From Pseudobdellovibrionaceae bacterium (GTDB lineage: Bacteria; Bdellovibrionota; Bdellovibrionia; Bdellovibrionales; UBA1609), in the NCBI GenBank assembly GCA_023898385.1, contig CP060220.1, forward strand, positions 1,676,993 to 1,740,992: a stretch of 64,000 bases of DNA, written 5' to 3'. Below the pieces are notes generated by a model. It did no database searches. It saw only the letters and a list, made by a program, of their open reading frames with translations, and was not told the origin of the DNA. Shown here one piece after another: positions 36,464 through 47,091 of this stretch. Both the position numbers and the translations under genes were made by a program. Position 1 is the stretch's first letter; each line of letters begins with the position of its first letter.

Positions 36464-36907
36464 TCACTTTTTTCTCTCCTTTCGTGGAGACTTTGCTCCA
36501 GTTTTTTTCTTTTTTCGGGGCTTCGGCACAGAGCCAAATCTTAAATCATTTTGCGATATTTTCTCACCGATACTCATGGCTACTTGTTCAAAATCTTCAT
36601 CCGACGATGGCAGATACAACCACTTGGCCAAAACTTTATGGGGCGATAATTGGGGAAACTCCCGGATCAGCGATTCGTGATGTTCTCGCTCCGTGGGCAG
36701 TAAAATGCCTTGCCAGTTTGGGTCCGAATCATTTTCGGCAAGACACATCACGATTTTTCCTCGCAAATAAGCTGAGCGACACCCAAACATATGACGAGCT
36801 TCAAAAGTCATGTCATCCTCAAAGGGTTCAAATGCCCATTCTGTGTCAAATTTCTTCGCCAAACAGAAGCTCCCTTCTCGAATCTGAAAAAAACCGAAGG
36901 CCAACAC
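36464..36907 (-). CDS. TfoX N-terminal-domain-like protein with a Lys-rich tail
   Basis: ARHMFGCRSAYLRGKIVMCL and KWLYLPSSDEDFEQV fit TfoX_N. The C-terminus is PKPRKKKKTGAKSPRKERKK. The start is uncertain. Confidence 0.45.
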   Translation of the reverse strand: MLAFGFFQIREGSFCLAKKFDTEWAFEPFEDDMTFEARHMFGCRSAYLRGKIVMCLAENDSDPNWQGILLPTEREHHESLIREFPQLSPHKVLAKWLYLPSSDEDFEQVAMSIGEKISQNDLRFGSVPKPRKKKKTGAKSPRKERKK

Positions 36908-36917
36908 CCGTCCGTAT

Positions 36918-37667
36918 TCAAAGGCTCAGTTTTTTGCCTTTAAAAAACACATTGGCTGGCCCCAAAAAACTTCTCTTGTTTCCGTCAATAATCAGGCCAT
37001 GGCCATCGGCACACGCCACCACCGGATATTTTGAGATCAATGAATACATCAACATGGCCTCGTTCATGCGTTTTGAGTTCACATAGTGCGGATAAAATTC
37101 AAAATTAACAAGATTCATCCCTTTCAGATTTTTAAGCCCCACGTCGTTATCATCGACCTCATAGGGGGGAAAGTGCGCCATCTCTATGTTGGGTGTTAAA
37201 ATAATAGCCCCTGCACTCAGACCAGCTAAAACTCCGCCATTTTGCGCAAAACTTTTGAACCTTTTCAACAGCCCTGTTTTTCGCAAATGTTTTAAAAAAT
37301 AAAATGTATTGCCACCAGCCAAGTAAATGACGTCACTGGAAAGGGCTTTTTGCAAAGACTGGTCGGTGATCGGCTGATCTGGCGCCAGGTAGTGAAAGTC
37401 CGTGGCTCCAAATCCTCGATAGCGCCGCTGAAAACGGCTGTAATAAACTGCGGCGCCCTCATGACAGTAAGGGATATAAGTCATGCGGATTTTTCGCTTT
37501 GGACCCACGAGATCCATCAGGCCCTGGTGCAATTGCCGGTTTGCCGCCAATTGCCCGCCTGAATACATTACTAACTTCACCTGATTGGCCACAGTGGATG
37601 CCACCCTTTCTGACTCTGGAGGTCCAGTTTCACCTGGTCCTTTATCCTGTTTCCATAATTTTCCCAA
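36918..37667 (-). CDS. peptidase S51 family (dipeptidase E / cyanophycinase-like)
   Basis: VIYLAGGNTFYFLKHL and GVLAGLSAGAIIL (nucleophile Ser) motifs. Confidence 0.8.
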   Translation of the reverse strand: MGKLWKQDKGPGETGPPESERVASTVANQVKLVMYSGGQLAANRQLHQGLMDLVGPKRKIRMTYIPYCHEGAAVYYSRFQRRYRGFGATDFHYLAPDQPITDQSLQKALSSDVIYLAGGNTFYFLKHLRKTGLLKRFKSFAQNGGVLAGLSAGAIILTPNIEMAHFPPYEVDDNDVGLKNLKGMNLVNFEFYPHYVNSKRMNEAMLMYSLISKYPVVACADGHGLIIDGNKRSFLGPANVFFKGKKLSL

Positions 37668-37690
37668 GTCAATTCACCGAAAAGAACGGT

Positions 37691-38296
37691 ATGACCGACG
37701 AAGCAAAAAAGTTTATCTCCCGCGCGCCCAGGTACTCTCTCCGGCCTGGCGACGACCAGTATTTTAGATATGCCTTTGCCGGCGATCGGACCCACACCTT
37801 TACCACCCGATTTGTGAATATATCGATGTCGGGCCTGGCATTTATCACTGATCTAGAACATTCTCCGCAGATGGGAGATCGAATTAAGGTGGAGTTCCCC
37901 ATCGATACGGGAGAGCATGTGGCTTGGTGGGCTCGAGTCATTCGAATTGAAGAGTACATTGAGAAGAAAAAATTCCCTGACCCTCTGAATGAGGAGCCAC
38001 CTCAGGTCATCGTGGCCGTTACCTTTGATCACCTGCCCGAGGGTCACCACGAGGCCGTTCGCAAATCGGTAGAACATAAATTTGCGGAGATTTCGCGGCG
38101 AGCGCGACAAGAGCGCATGGATCAAGCTTTTGAATATCTCGAAGACAACGGGAAGCAACTTTTTATTATGGTCGCAGCCCTTTTGTTTACAGCCTTCGCC
38201 CTTTGGTGGCTGGCTCAGCCCTCAGACAACTATGACCCCTCTATCGGGACACCGTGGGGCGAGCGCTTTAGGAACTCGCCCAGCGACAACAAATAA
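37691..38296 (+). CDS. PilZ-domain protein with a C-terminal transmembrane helix
   Basis: RAPRYSL...FVNISMSGLAFI are PilZ motifs. There is a TM segment LFIMVAALLFTAFALWWL. The listed 37499 start overlaps the divergent S51 gene and is rejected. Confidence 0.65.
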   Translation: MTDEAKKFISRAPRYSLRPGDDQYFRYAFAGDRTHTFTTRFVNISMSGLAFITDLEHSPQMGDRIKVEFPIDTGEHVAWWARVIRIEEYIEKKKFPDPLNEEPPQVIVAVTFDHLPEGHHEAVRKSVEHKFAEISRRARQERMDQAFEYLEDNGKQLFIMVAALLFTAFALWWLAQPSDNYDPSIGTPWGERFRNSPSDNK

Positions 38297-38308
38297 GCGG
38301 CAAAAGTT

Positions 38309-38908
38309 TTAACCCGCTTTGCTTGTTGGGGCGGCTTTTTTATCTTCGGCCTTTTCAGACACTTTAAATTGCAAAATGATTTCATCTTTAATCACTTTGT
38401 CGGCAGCCAGCTTAAAAAAGTTTGCTGAACCATAAGTGATTCCAAATTTTGTACGGTCAAATTTTAATGTTCCCAAGTAGAGAGATCCATTTTTAGCAAA
38501 TCGAACCACCACGGGTAGGGTTTTGTCTTTTATTGTCATTTGTGCCTGCAAAGTGTTGTCGTTGATTTGCTTTTCAACCACCAGTTTGGCCGTGGGATAT
38601 TTTTCAACTTCGAAAAAGTCACCGCTTTTTACGTGGTCCATAAATTTCTTTTTCCAGTCTCCGGTAAGATCCATCACGGTAAAAGAAGCCATGTCCATCA
38701 CAAACTCCCCACCAACGATTTTGCCATCTTTCACTTTACCGGTGGCCGACTTTAAAAAAATATTTCCAGAGTGACCGTCGCCCACTTTTTTTGAGGCTGA
38801 CCACTTGAAGCTACTTTTTTTAAGATCAAATTCCACAGTCTGCTCGCTGGCAAACACAGTCGACGAAAATAATGCTAAAAATAAAACTGAAACCCATTGA
38901 ATTTTCAT
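38309..38908 (-). CDS. YceI-family periplasmic protein
   Basis: Signal peptide. SSFKWSASKKV..GHSGNI and FGITYG-type YceI pattern. Confidence 0.75.
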   Translation of the reverse strand: MKIQWVSVLFLALFSSTVFASEQTVEFDLKKSSFKWSASKKVGDGHSGNIFLKSATGKVKDGKIVGGEFVMDMASFTVMDLTGDWKKKFMDHVKSGDFFEVEKYPTAKLVVEKQINDNTLQAQMTIKDKTLPVVVRFAKNGSLYLGTLKFDRTKFGITYGSANFFKLAADKVIKDEIILQFKVSEKAEDKKAAPTSKAG

Positions 38909-39597
38909 TGAAGCTCTCCTCTTGCTAATTGAGCCATTATTCTACGGCGTAAATGCCCACGCAAATAAAAAAAGTAATAAAGAATTCCCGTAAATGCACC
39001 CCCAAGGTGCGCACCATGCCCAATGGGCAACCCGCCTCCTTGCGTCTGCTTAAATAATCCATACAAATCCAAAGCCACAAAGGCCATCGCACCAAAAATG
39101 GCTGGCACGGGAATCAACCCAAAAACCAATATGGTCTGGCGAGGAAACACCAGAGAAAACACCAATAACACACCGGCTATGGCGCCGGACGCACCCAGAG
39201 CCGGGAGTGCCGGATTGTCTAAAAAGTAGGTGCTCACAAAGCAGTGACTCAAAGAGCTAATGATGCCAGCCAGCAAGTAGAAAAACATAAAAGACCGGCG
39301 GCCCATCACCTTTTCCATAATTGTGCCGAAACTCACTAACACAAACATATTCAAAAACAAATGCCAGACCATATTGTGGGAGAACACCGAGGTGATCGCG
39401 GTCCACCACAGACCCAATTGAAGGTGGAGTGCGCTGACCAAGAAATTCATTTTCATCAAGTTTTCAGCTCTCGGCGTGGCTGTGGTCGTCCATAAAATAA
39501 ACACCACAATGTTGATGGCCACAATCAACGGTACCAGCTTAAAGCGACGCTTGGGACGCTGGTGTTCTATGGGCTGTCGGTAAGTTACAATTCTCAT
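38905..39597 (-). CDS. rhomboid-family intramembrane serine protease
   Basis: GASGAIAGVL (catalytic Ser) and HGAHLGGAFTG (catalytic His), with 6 TM segments. Confidence 0.88.
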   Translation of the reverse strand: MRIVTYRQPIEHQRPKRRFKLVPLIVAINIVVFILWTTTATPRAENLMKMNFLVSALHLQLGLWWTAITSVFSHNMVWHLFLNMFVLVSFGTIMEKVMGRRSFMFFYLLAGIISSLSHCFVSTYFLDNPALPALGASGAIAGVLLVFSLVFPRQTILVFGLIPVPAIFGAMAFVALDLYGLFKQTQGGGLPIGHGAHLGGAFTGILYYFFYLRGHLRRRIMAQLARGELQ

Positions 39598-39598
39598 A

Positions 39599-40270
39599 TC
39601 ATTTCCATACTATGGGTTTGGCATTTCGCTTACATTCTTCCACCCGGTCGAGATAATCTTCACGGTCGATGTATTTTCCACCCAGCGCTTCAAGATTCGG
39701 TGTGACCATCTGAATGTCCATCCAGCTTAGCCCCTGAGACTGCAAATTGTCTATTATGTGCAACAAACAAATCTTTGAGGCATCTGACTCTGTGTAAAAC
39801 ATGCTTTCACCGCTGAATACACCCGCCACATAAACACCGTACACTCCCCCCACCAATTGATCATCTATCCAAGCTTCCACACTGTGAGCATAGCCGGCTC
39901 GATGAAATTCAATATACGCGCGGATCATCGGTTCGGTGATCCAGGTTCCATCTTGCCCAGGCCGATGGGAGTGGGCACACGCTCTAATGACTGACTCAAA
40001 AGCCCGATTGGTTGTCACCTTTAGGTTTTGCTTTTTTCGTTTTTTTGCAAGGCTTCTTGGAATTTTCAAATCTGCAAAATCCAAGACTCCCCGTGGGTCG
40101 GGACTAAACCATAACAATGGGTATTCTTCATGAGGCCACGGAAAAATCCCAAAACTATAGGCCTCTAACAATATCTCTGTGTCCAGATGGTCCCCGATGG
40201 CCACAATGCCGTCTCGATTAGCCAACCGCGGATCCGGAAAATGCCGACGTTTTTCAGAAAATAACTTCAT
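39599..40270 (-). CDS. aat: leucyl/phenylalanyl-tRNA--protein transferase
   Basis: GIFPWPHEEYPLLWFSPDPRGVL and GESMFY motifs. 223 aa. Confidence 0.9.
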   Translation of the reverse strand: MKLFSEKRRHFPDPRLANRDGIVAIGDHLDTEILLEAYSFGIFPWPHEEYPLLWFSPDPRGVLDFADLKIPRSLAKKRKKQNLKVTTNRAFESVIRACAHSHRPGQDGTWITEPMIRAYIEFHRAGYAHSVEAWIDDQLVGGVYGVYVAGVFSGESMFYTESDASKICLLHIIDNLQSQGLSWMDIQMVTPNLEALGGKYIDREDYLDRVEECKRNAKPIVWK

Positions 40271-41730
40271 TGGCTGCTGGCTCTACAGTTGTCGCAGTGG
40301 CCACAGGGTTTCGCATCGGGCACTCCAAAATAAGTGTATACAAACTGCATCCGGCACTGCGGAGTCTGGGCAAAGCGAACCATCTCTAAAAGTTTTTCGT
40401 TTTGGCGTTTCAAACGGGCCTGAAATAAATCCGGCTGCAGGTATTCCTCTGGCAGCTCACCACATACGCTGAGATGCTTTCGGTTATCATCCGTCCGCGC
40501 CACCGCACCCCAACGCTCTAAAAGATTCACCGATGTTTCCACGCGAAAATCTCGACTATGATAAAAATGCATTTGCTCTCGCAGATAATCAAGGCCGCCA
40601 GCTCTCACCCGATCACCGTGAGTTTCAATGAGCCGATAAATTCGCCGTATGAATTCGGGGTCGGGATTAGCCCACTTTATAAAATCCAGTTGAATTTGCA
40701 CGTCATCTTGATCGTACATCAAAACGCAACCCGCCGGCTGGCCGTCCCTGCCGGCGCGACCAATTTCTTGATAATAAGCTTCAACGGACCCCGGCACTTC
40801 CGCATGCACCACCAAGCGAACATTCGGCTTATCCACGCCAAGGCCAAAAGCGGGAGTAGCCAAAATCAGTGGATTTGCCCCGTCGATGAACTGTTCTTGC
40901 GCCTGTTTTCGGCGACGATCAGGCAATTGTCCGTGATAAATGAGAGGCGAAAGTCCCAAGACCGCTAGCGGTTCAGCGATGGCTTCAAGAGAACTAATCA
41001 ACGAAAAATACACAATGGCGGGACCGGGAAAGTGATGTCTCAGCGCCACAATATTTCGAATTTTTTCATCGCTCCCCACAACGTCGTGGACCTCCACCTC
41101 TAGATTTGGGCGCTCCACGCCCGAAACATAAACAGCGGTCTCGTCCGCTGGCAGGTGTAACTGTGTTAAAATATCCGCTTGCACATCTGGCGTCGCCGTG
41201 GCCGTCAACGCCAGCGTCGGAGGATCGCCCAGTAATTTTCGAATATCCCCAAGCCTCGTGTAATCGGGCCTAAAATCATGGCCCCACTGAGAAATGCAAT
41301 GGGCCTCATCCACCGCCAACAGGGAAATCTGATTTTTCAGTAGGGCCGCTCGAAACTCGTCTTTGCGAAATCTCTCAGGAGTGACGTAGACCAGATCATA
41401 CTGGCTGGCTGCGAGATTGTTATAACGATCTTGACGCTCATCGGCCGACAAAGAGGAGTTGATAAAACAAGCTTTGACCCCCTTCTTTTTAACCGCATCC
41501 ACCTGGTCTTTCATAAGAGCAATTAATGGGGAGATCACCAGCGTCAAACCCGGTAAAAACTGACTGGGCAGTTGATAACAAAGGCTCTTGCCCTGACCGG
41601 TGGGCATGACCACCAGAGCACTGTGTCCTGCCGCAATATGCTCGATCACGGGCTTCTGCACGCCGCGAAATTCATCGAACCCAAAGGTGCTTTTTAGAAT
41701 GCTATAGATTTGACTCTGCACAACCTTCAT
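40267..41730 (-). CDS. recQ: RecQ-family ATP-dependent DNA helicase (short form, no HRDC domain)
   Basis: FRGVQKPVIE, MPTGQGKSLCYQLP, DEAHCISQWGHDFRPDY, and a C-terminal CGHCDNC zinc motif. Confidence 0.85.
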   Translation of the reverse strand: MKVVQSQIYSILKSTFGFDEFRGVQKPVIEHIAAGHSALVVMPTGQGKSLCYQLPSQFLPGLTLVISPLIALMKDQVDAVKKKGVKACFINSSLSADERQDRYNNLAASQYDLVYVTPERFRKDEFRAALLKNQISLLAVDEAHCISQWGHDFRPDYTRLGDIRKLLGDPPTLALTATATPDVQADILTQLHLPADETAVYVSGVERPNLEVEVHDVVGSDEKIRNIVALRHHFPGPAIVYFSLISSLEAIAEPLAVLGLSPLIYHGQLPDRRRKQAQEQFIDGANPLILATPAFGLGVDKPNVRLVVHAEVPGSVEAYYQEIGRAGRDGQPAGCVLMYDQDDVQIQLDFIKWANPDPEFIRRIYRLIETHGDRVRAGGLDYLREQMHFYHSRDFRVETSVNLLERWGAVARTDDNRKHLSVCGELPEEYLQPDLFQARLKRQNEKLLEMVRFAQTPQCRMQFVYTYFGVPDAKPCGHCDNCRASSQ

Positions 41731-41912
41731 TGAGTATCGTTAAGGCGAACAAAATCATAGGATTTTTTCTCCTTTATCGCCGATGGCCAAAATCTTTTTT
41801 TTGCACTTCGGCAGTGATCATGTTAGGGAATCGGACTTGGTAAATCATTGAAAATTGGGGCTGTTTGCGGCCTCTACGCACCCCTTAACTTAACAGACGA
41901 GGAAAAGCACAA

Positions 41913-44021
41913 ATGGCAAAGACATGGGATCTTGATAAGGTTCGCAATATCGGTATTTCCGCCCATATTGATTCGGGAAAAACCACACTCACTGAGCGTA
42001 TTTTGTTTTATGCGGGCCGGATTCACGCCATCCATGACGTCCGTGGCAAAGATGGCGTGGGCGCCAAAATGGACTCCATGGAACTTGAAAAAGAGCGTGG
42101 AATCACCATCCAATCAGCCGCCACAAACGTCCACTGGAATGACATTGAAATCAATATCATCGATACCCCAGGACACGTGGATTTCACAATCGAAGTGGAG
42201 CGATCTCTTCGAGTTCTTGACGGTGCCATTCTCGTCCTTTGCGGTGTGGCTGGCGTGCAATCGCAGTCGATCACTGTGGATCGACAAATGCGCCGGTACA
42301 ACGTTCCACGCGTGGCTTTCGTGAATAAACTGGATCGGCAAGGGGCCAACCCCTTCCGCGTAATGGAAGCCCTTCGTGATAAACTTCGGCACAACGCCGT
42401 TATGGCTCAGATCCCCATCGGCCTTGAAGAGAAACACGAAGGTGTGGTGGATCTTGTGACCATGAAGGCCTACTACTTCAAGGGCGAAAACGGTGAAACC
42501 GTTGAAGAAGCTCCAATTCCAGCTGAACTTATGGAGCAGGCCAAGAAGTACCGACACGAACTGATCGGTAAGGCGGCCGACTTTGACGACGATTTGGGTG
42601 AAAAATTCCTGATGGAAGAGGAGCCCACTGAGGAAGAATTAAAATCGGCCATTCGAAAGGGTGTAGTTTCCCTTCAATTGACTCCTGTTTTTTGCGGCTC
42701 GGCCTACAAAAATCGCGGGGTTCAAAAACTTCTTGATGCCGTTCGTGACTATTTACCAAACCCAAAACAAGTGGAAAACGACGCCCTTGATCAGGACAAT
42801 AACGAAGAAAAGGTTATCTTAACCACAGATCCTGAGGCCCCACTTGTGGCCCTGGCGTTTAAACTAGATCGTGGCCGTTATGGTCAGCTCACGTATATGA
42901 GAATTTACCAAGGTACACTGAAGAAAGGTGAATTCATCTATAACCAAAGCACTGGCGATAAAGTGAAGGTTCCACGAGTGGTTCGTATGCACTCTGAAGA
43001 AATGGAAGATATCGAATCCGCCTCTGCCGGTGACATCGTCGCCCTGTTTGGTGTGGATTGCTCTTCCGGTGACACCTTCACAGATGATCGCGTTCACTAC
43101 ACCATGACCTCTATGCACGTTCCGAATGCTGTGATTTCGCTTGCAGTTCGTCCAAAAGACAAAACTCAAGGCGATAACTTTTCTAAAGCTCTGCAGAAGT
43201 TTATGAAAGAAGATCCCACCTTCCGAGTGGGTCGTGATGAAGAGTCCAACGAAACTATTATCTCCGGAATGGGAGAGCTTCACCTCGATGTTTATATTGA
43301 GCGAATGAAGCGTGAGTTTAAAGTGGATGTCATCGCCGGAGCTCCCCAGGTGGCCTACCGTGAAACCATCGCTGGCACCGGTGAGTTTGACTACACTCAC
43401 AAAAAACAAACGGGTGGTTCTGGACAGTTTGCGAAAGTTGTTGGAACCATTTCGCCACTTCCTGAAGGCAGCGAAAAAACATTCTTATTTCAAGATAACA
43501 TTACCGGTGGCCGAATTCCCCGAGAGTACATCCCTGCTTGTAACAAGGGCTTTGAAGAGGCCGTTGAAAAAGGTACGCTCATTGGGTCTCCCATTGTCGG
43601 CGTAAAAGTGGATCTGAATGATGGTTCTTATCACGAAGTGGACTCGAGCGAGATGGCCTTTAGAATTTGTGCCATTGCCGCCTTCAGACAGGCCTATGAC
43701 CGCGCCACACCCACAGCTCTCGAACCCCTGATGCGCCTTGAAACTTCAGCACCTGAAGAATTCCAAGGTAACGTCATGGGTCAGATCAACCAGCGACGGG
43801 GTATGATTAACGGTACCACGACCATTGAAGGTTATGTGACCGTTGAAGCTGAAGTGCCGTTATCTGAAATGTTCGGGTATTCAACGGACCTTCGATCGGC
43901 CACCCAAGGTAAGGGTGAGTTCACAATGGAATTCTCGCGATACTCTCCCTGTCCACGCAATATTCAAGAAGACCTTGTGAAGAAATATCAAGAAAAGCGT
44001 GCTGAAGAAGCAAAGAAGTAA
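41913..44021 (+). CDS. fusA: elongation factor G (stand-alone paralog, not in an str operon)
   Basis: [33 protein letters not shown]. 702 aa. Confidence 0.92.
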   Translation: MAKTWDLDKVRNIGISAHIDSGKTTLTERILFYAGRIHAIHDVRGKDGVGAKMDSMELEKERGITIQSAATNVHWNDIEINIIDTPGHVDFTIEVERSLRVLDGAILVLCGVAGVQSQSITVDRQMRRYNVPRVAFVNKLDRQGANPFRVMEALRDKLRHNAVMAQIPIGLEEKHEGVVDLVTMKAYYFKGENGETVEEAPIPAELMEQAKKYRHELIGKAADFDDDLGEKFLMEEEPTEEELKSAIRKGVVSLQLTPVFCGSAYKNRGVQKLLDAVRDYLPNPKQVENDALDQDNNEEKVILTTDPEAPLVALAFKLDRGRYGQLTYMRIYQGTLKKGEFIYNQSTGDKVKVPRVVRMHSEEMEDIESASAGDIVALFGVDCSSGDTFTDDRVHYTMTSMHVPNAVISLAVRPKDKTQGDNFSKALQKFMKEDPTFRVGRDEESNETIISGMGELHLDVYIERMKREFKVDVIAGAPQVAYRETIAGTGEFDYTHKKQTGGSGQFAKVVGTISPLPEGSEKTFLFQDNITGGRIPREYIPACNKGFEEAVEKGTLIGSPIVGVKVDLNDGSYHEVDSSEMAFRICAIAAFRQAYDRATPTALEPLMRLETSAPEEFQGNVMGQINQRRGMINGTTTIEGYVTVEAEVPLSEMFGYSTDLRSATQGKGEFTMEFSRYSPCPRNIQEDLVKKYQEKRAEEAKK

Positions 44022-44026
44022 CCTCG

Positions 44027-44566
44027 ATGATTCTTTCTGACGTGACCTTAAAAAAGATGCTGGATGCCGGTGATTTAGTGGTGGAGCCCATAAAGGATAA
44101 CTCCATCCAGCCGGCATCTATCGATTGCCACCTCGGCCGCCACTTTTTGGTGGTTGAGGACCGTCAGATGCACACCATCGACATGGACACCGAGATTATT
44201 TATCGCGAAATTGATGAAGAATTCATTACAATTCCGCCCCATTCTTTTTTGCTCGCCACAACAGAGGAATACATCAAACTCCCCGACAACCTGACTGCCT
44301 TTGTGGAAGGCCGAAGCTCCATTGGGCGCATCGGTCTATTCATCGAAAATGCGGGGTGGGTCGATCCTGGCTTTGAAGGGCAAATCACTTTAGAATTGTA
44401 CAATGCCAACTCCCTTCCCATTCGCCTTCAAGCCGGTCGAAGGGTGTGTCAGCTGGTTTTTTGTGCCATGGATCAGGCGGCCTTGAATCCCTACCGGGGC
44501 AAGTATCAAGGACAGCGGGGAACCACCGGAAGTCGAGTCTTTAAAGATAATGAAACCTTACCCTAG
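44027..44566 (+). CDS. dcd: dCTP deaminase
   Basis: IQPASIDCHLG, GRSSIGRIGLFI and GFEGQITLEL motifs. Confidence 0.9.
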   Translation: MILSDVTLKKMLDAGDLVVEPIKDNSIQPASIDCHLGRHFLVVEDRQMHTIDMDTEIIYREIDEEFITIPPHSFLLATTEEYIKLPDNLTAFVEGRSSIGRIGLFIENAGWVDPGFEGQITLELYNANSLPIRLQAGRRVCQLVFCAMDQAALNPYRGKYQGQRGTTGSRVFKDNETLP

Positions 44567-44685
44567 CCGTTGGTGCGGCGCGCCACACATGCGGTGTGGT
44601 AACTCGTACCGCCTATGATATACTGATTGAACATGGACCCCAAGGAACCCCCGTCTCAAATCTTAAAACCCGTTAAATCCAGCCA

Positions 44686-45726
44686 ATGACGCTTTTGATT
44701 GTGTACCTTTTTTTGGCCGTGGTTGTTTCGTTTGGATGCTCACTTTTAGAGTCAGTGATTTTATCCGTAACCCCGGCCTATATTGCCGTCAAAGAACGCG
44801 AAGGACGTCGCAGCGCTTTGGTGCTGGCGAAGCTTCGGCGCAATATTGACCAGGGCCTGGCGGCCATTCTCACTGTGAACACCATTGCAAACGTGATTGG
44901 AGCATCAGGTGTCGGCGCCCAGGTGCTCCGGGTTTACGGCGATGAGCATGTGGCCCTAGCTTCTGGAGTTCTCGCCTTTGTTATTTTGTTTTTTTCTGAA
45001 ATCATACCAAAAACTATTGGGGCCCTTTATTGGAAACGGTTAGCCCCCTTTTGTGCCTACCTTATTGCGGCGTTGGTAAAACTGACCTACCCCATTGTCA
45101 TAATGGCTCGCTATGTGAAACACCTCCTTGGTGCTGACAATTTGCCTCAAACTTCAAGAGAGGAAATGATTGAAACGGCTGAGATCGGAGCGAGTGAAGG
45201 AGTTATCCGCAGAAAAGAGAGCATGGTTATTCGCAACCTGTTGATGTTGGATAAAATTACTGTTGCTGAAATTATGACCCCACGATCAGTGACGAAGGCC
45301 TTTGAGGCCAATCAAACTGTAGAAGCCATCGTGGAAAAAGAAAAACAAATTCGCTTTTCACGATTACCTGTCTTTGAAAAAGATATGGACCATGTTGTGG
45401 GCTTAGTTCACCGCTATAAAATACTTGAAGCCATCTCGCACGACTTAGACACCTTGCCCTTAAAAGAGCTCATGTCCCCTATCCACACGGTACCAGAGAC
45501 AATTTCGGTATCGGCGGCTCTTGATCAATTTATTAAACGAAATGAGCACCTGTTTTTAGTTGTGGATGAATATGGAATCCCTGCTGGGTTAGTGACCCTG
45601 GAAGACGCCATTGAAACCCTACTGGGCGTTGAAATTCTTGATGAATTTGATTCTATTGCCGATATGAGGGCCTACGCCAGAGAACAGTGGCAGGCCAAAA
45701 AAGAAAAAATGAGAGGCCAAGCTTAA
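44686..45726 (+). CDS. CNNM/DUF21 + CBS-pair membrane transporter (HlyC/CorC family without the CorC domain)
   Basis: Four N-terminal TM segments, FFSEIIPKTIG, then a CBS pair (VAEIMTPR...). Confidence 0.8.
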   Translation: MTLLIVYLFLAVVVSFGCSLLESVILSVTPAYIAVKEREGRRSALVLAKLRRNIDQGLAAILTVNTIANVIGASGVGAQVLRVYGDEHVALASGVLAFVILFFSEIIPKTIGALYWKRLAPFCAYLIAALVKLTYPIVIMARYVKHLLGADNLPQTSREEMIETAEIGASEGVIRRKESMVIRNLLMLDKITVAEIMTPRSVTKAFEANQTVEAIVEKEKQIRFSRLPVFEKDMDHVVGLVHRYKILEAISHDLDTLPLKELMSPIHTVPETISVSAALDQFIKRNEHLFLVVDEYGIPAGLVTLEDAIETLLGVEILDEFDSIADMRAYAREQWQAKKEKMRGQA

Positions 45727-45728
45727 TC

Positions 45729-46061
45729 ATGTCGGCGGTGTTTTTATACGTGACTGCACCCCACAAAGACCTTGCCGAACACATAGCCTTGCAGCTGGTG
45801 GACGAAGGCTTGGTGGCTTGCGCCAATATTTTTCCTAAAATGATTTCAATCTACCGTTGGAAAGACAAAGTACAAGAAGGAGAGGAAGTGGTCCTCATCC
45901 TAAAAACTCGAACCGAGCTTATAGAAAGAACATCGACACGAGTAAAGGAGCTTCACTCGTATGAGTGCCCATGTGTGGTTGCTTTGCCAATTGTTGGCGG
46001 CAATGGCGACTTCTTGCAATGGATACAAGAACAGACCGCCTCACCAACGCCGATGAAATAA
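45729..46061 (+). CDS. cutA: divalent-cation tolerance protein CutA
   Basis: LVACANIFPKMISIYRWKDKVQEGEEVVLILKT is the canonical CutA1 core. Start at ATG 45729. Confidence 0.88.
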   Translation: MSAVFLYVTAPHKDLAEHIALQLVDEGLVACANIFPKMISIYRWKDKVQEGEEVVLILKTRTELIERTSTRVKELHSYECPCVVALPIVGGNGDFLQWIQEQTASPTPMK

Positions 46062-46069
46062 ATCCCACC

Positions 46070-46240
46070 CTATCCATGAAACCGCACCAAGACCTTTAAC
46101 AAGGCCACCATTAATAGCGTCAGCACTACAAGTACACCTACCACAAACTGCGGCTTTAATGTTGTCACACTCCTTGCCGCGGCGTCCGTACTGGGCGCCC
46201 TGGGAGCGACATCTTGTTGATTTGACTCTTTCATCGTCAT
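46070..46240 (-). CDS. small tail-anchored membrane protein (hypothetical)
   Basis: GGAGG lies upstream of ATG 46240/46234. The C-terminal TM is FVVGVLVVLTLLMVALLKVLV. No homology recognised. Confidence 0.35.
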   Translation of the reverse strand: MTMKESNQQDVAPRAPSTDAAARSVTTLKPQFVVGVLVVLTLLMVALLKVLVRFHG

Positions 46241-46416
46241 CGACCTCCAAAGAGACAGTTTGGGACCACCTTGTCCCTCATTAGTGAAATAAGCATCTCC
46301 CATGCCAAACCACCAATGACATTCAGTTTGAATTGAGCTATTTAGAGCTGACATTTCGACACCACTTTCAGGACGCAAAGTGCCAAAATCTAACCAGTTT
46401 TCCCTGTGAGGATTCT

Positions 46417-46941
46417 ATGACTCGAGCCGAATTGAACCAAGCCATCTACGAGGCTTCCCATCTCACCGGAGAATTCACTTTGCGCTCTGGCAAAGTTTCA
46501 ACAGAGTATTTCGACAAATATCGATTTGAGGCGCAGCCATCCATTTTAAAAGCCATTGCCAAGTTGTCAGCCCCAATGGTCCCAGCTGACGCCGACTACC
46601 TCGCCGGCCTTGAAATGGGCGGAATTCCCCTGGCCACAGCCCTTTCCCTTGAAACGGGTCGTCCCACTGTTTTTGTACGCAAGGAAGCCAAAACCTATGG
46701 GACCTGCCAATTTGCTGAGGGTAATGATATTGCCGGTAAGAAGCTGTTTATTATTGAAGATGTGATCACTACTGGGGGCCAGGTCTTCGAAAGTGCGGCC
46801 ATGCTTAATAACGCTGGGGCTGAAGTTGTTGGCGTACTCTGTGTGATTTTTAGAGGCGACCAAAGTGTTAAAACTCGATTTGAAAACGAGAACTTACCCC
46901 TGCAGCACCTTTTTACCATGGAAGAGTTAAAGGGATCTTGA
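46417..46941 (+). CDS. pyrE: orotate phosphoribosyltransferase
   Basis: GEFTLRSGKVSTEYFDKY and PRPP loop KKLFIIEDVITTGGQ. Confidence 0.9.
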   Translation: MTRAELNQAIYEASHLTGEFTLRSGKVSTEYFDKYRFEAQPSILKAIAKLSAPMVPADADYLAGLEMGGIPLATALSLETGRPTVFVRKEAKTYGTCQFAEGNDIAGKKLFIIEDVITTGGQVFESAAMLNNAGAEVVGVLCVIFRGDQSVKTRFENENLPLQHLFTMEELKGS

Positions 46942-47091
46942 AGCGCACCTATTTGCCCTTTGGCCATGTTGAGATAAAATCTCTCGCATGGTCGGAATAC
47001 AAACTTTGGTTTAACAACACAGGGTTCAAATCGGTGACCTATCACCAGGGCCTTCCCTTAGACCACGGATATATTGTCGCAAAAAAATAGT

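Noticed and set aside
37499-37690. Upstream 64 codons of the 37499..38296 ORF
   Set aside because: This part overlaps the 5' end of the divergent S51 peptidase gene and is Pro/Leu-rich with no PilZ similarity. The PilZ motifs begin after Met at 37691.
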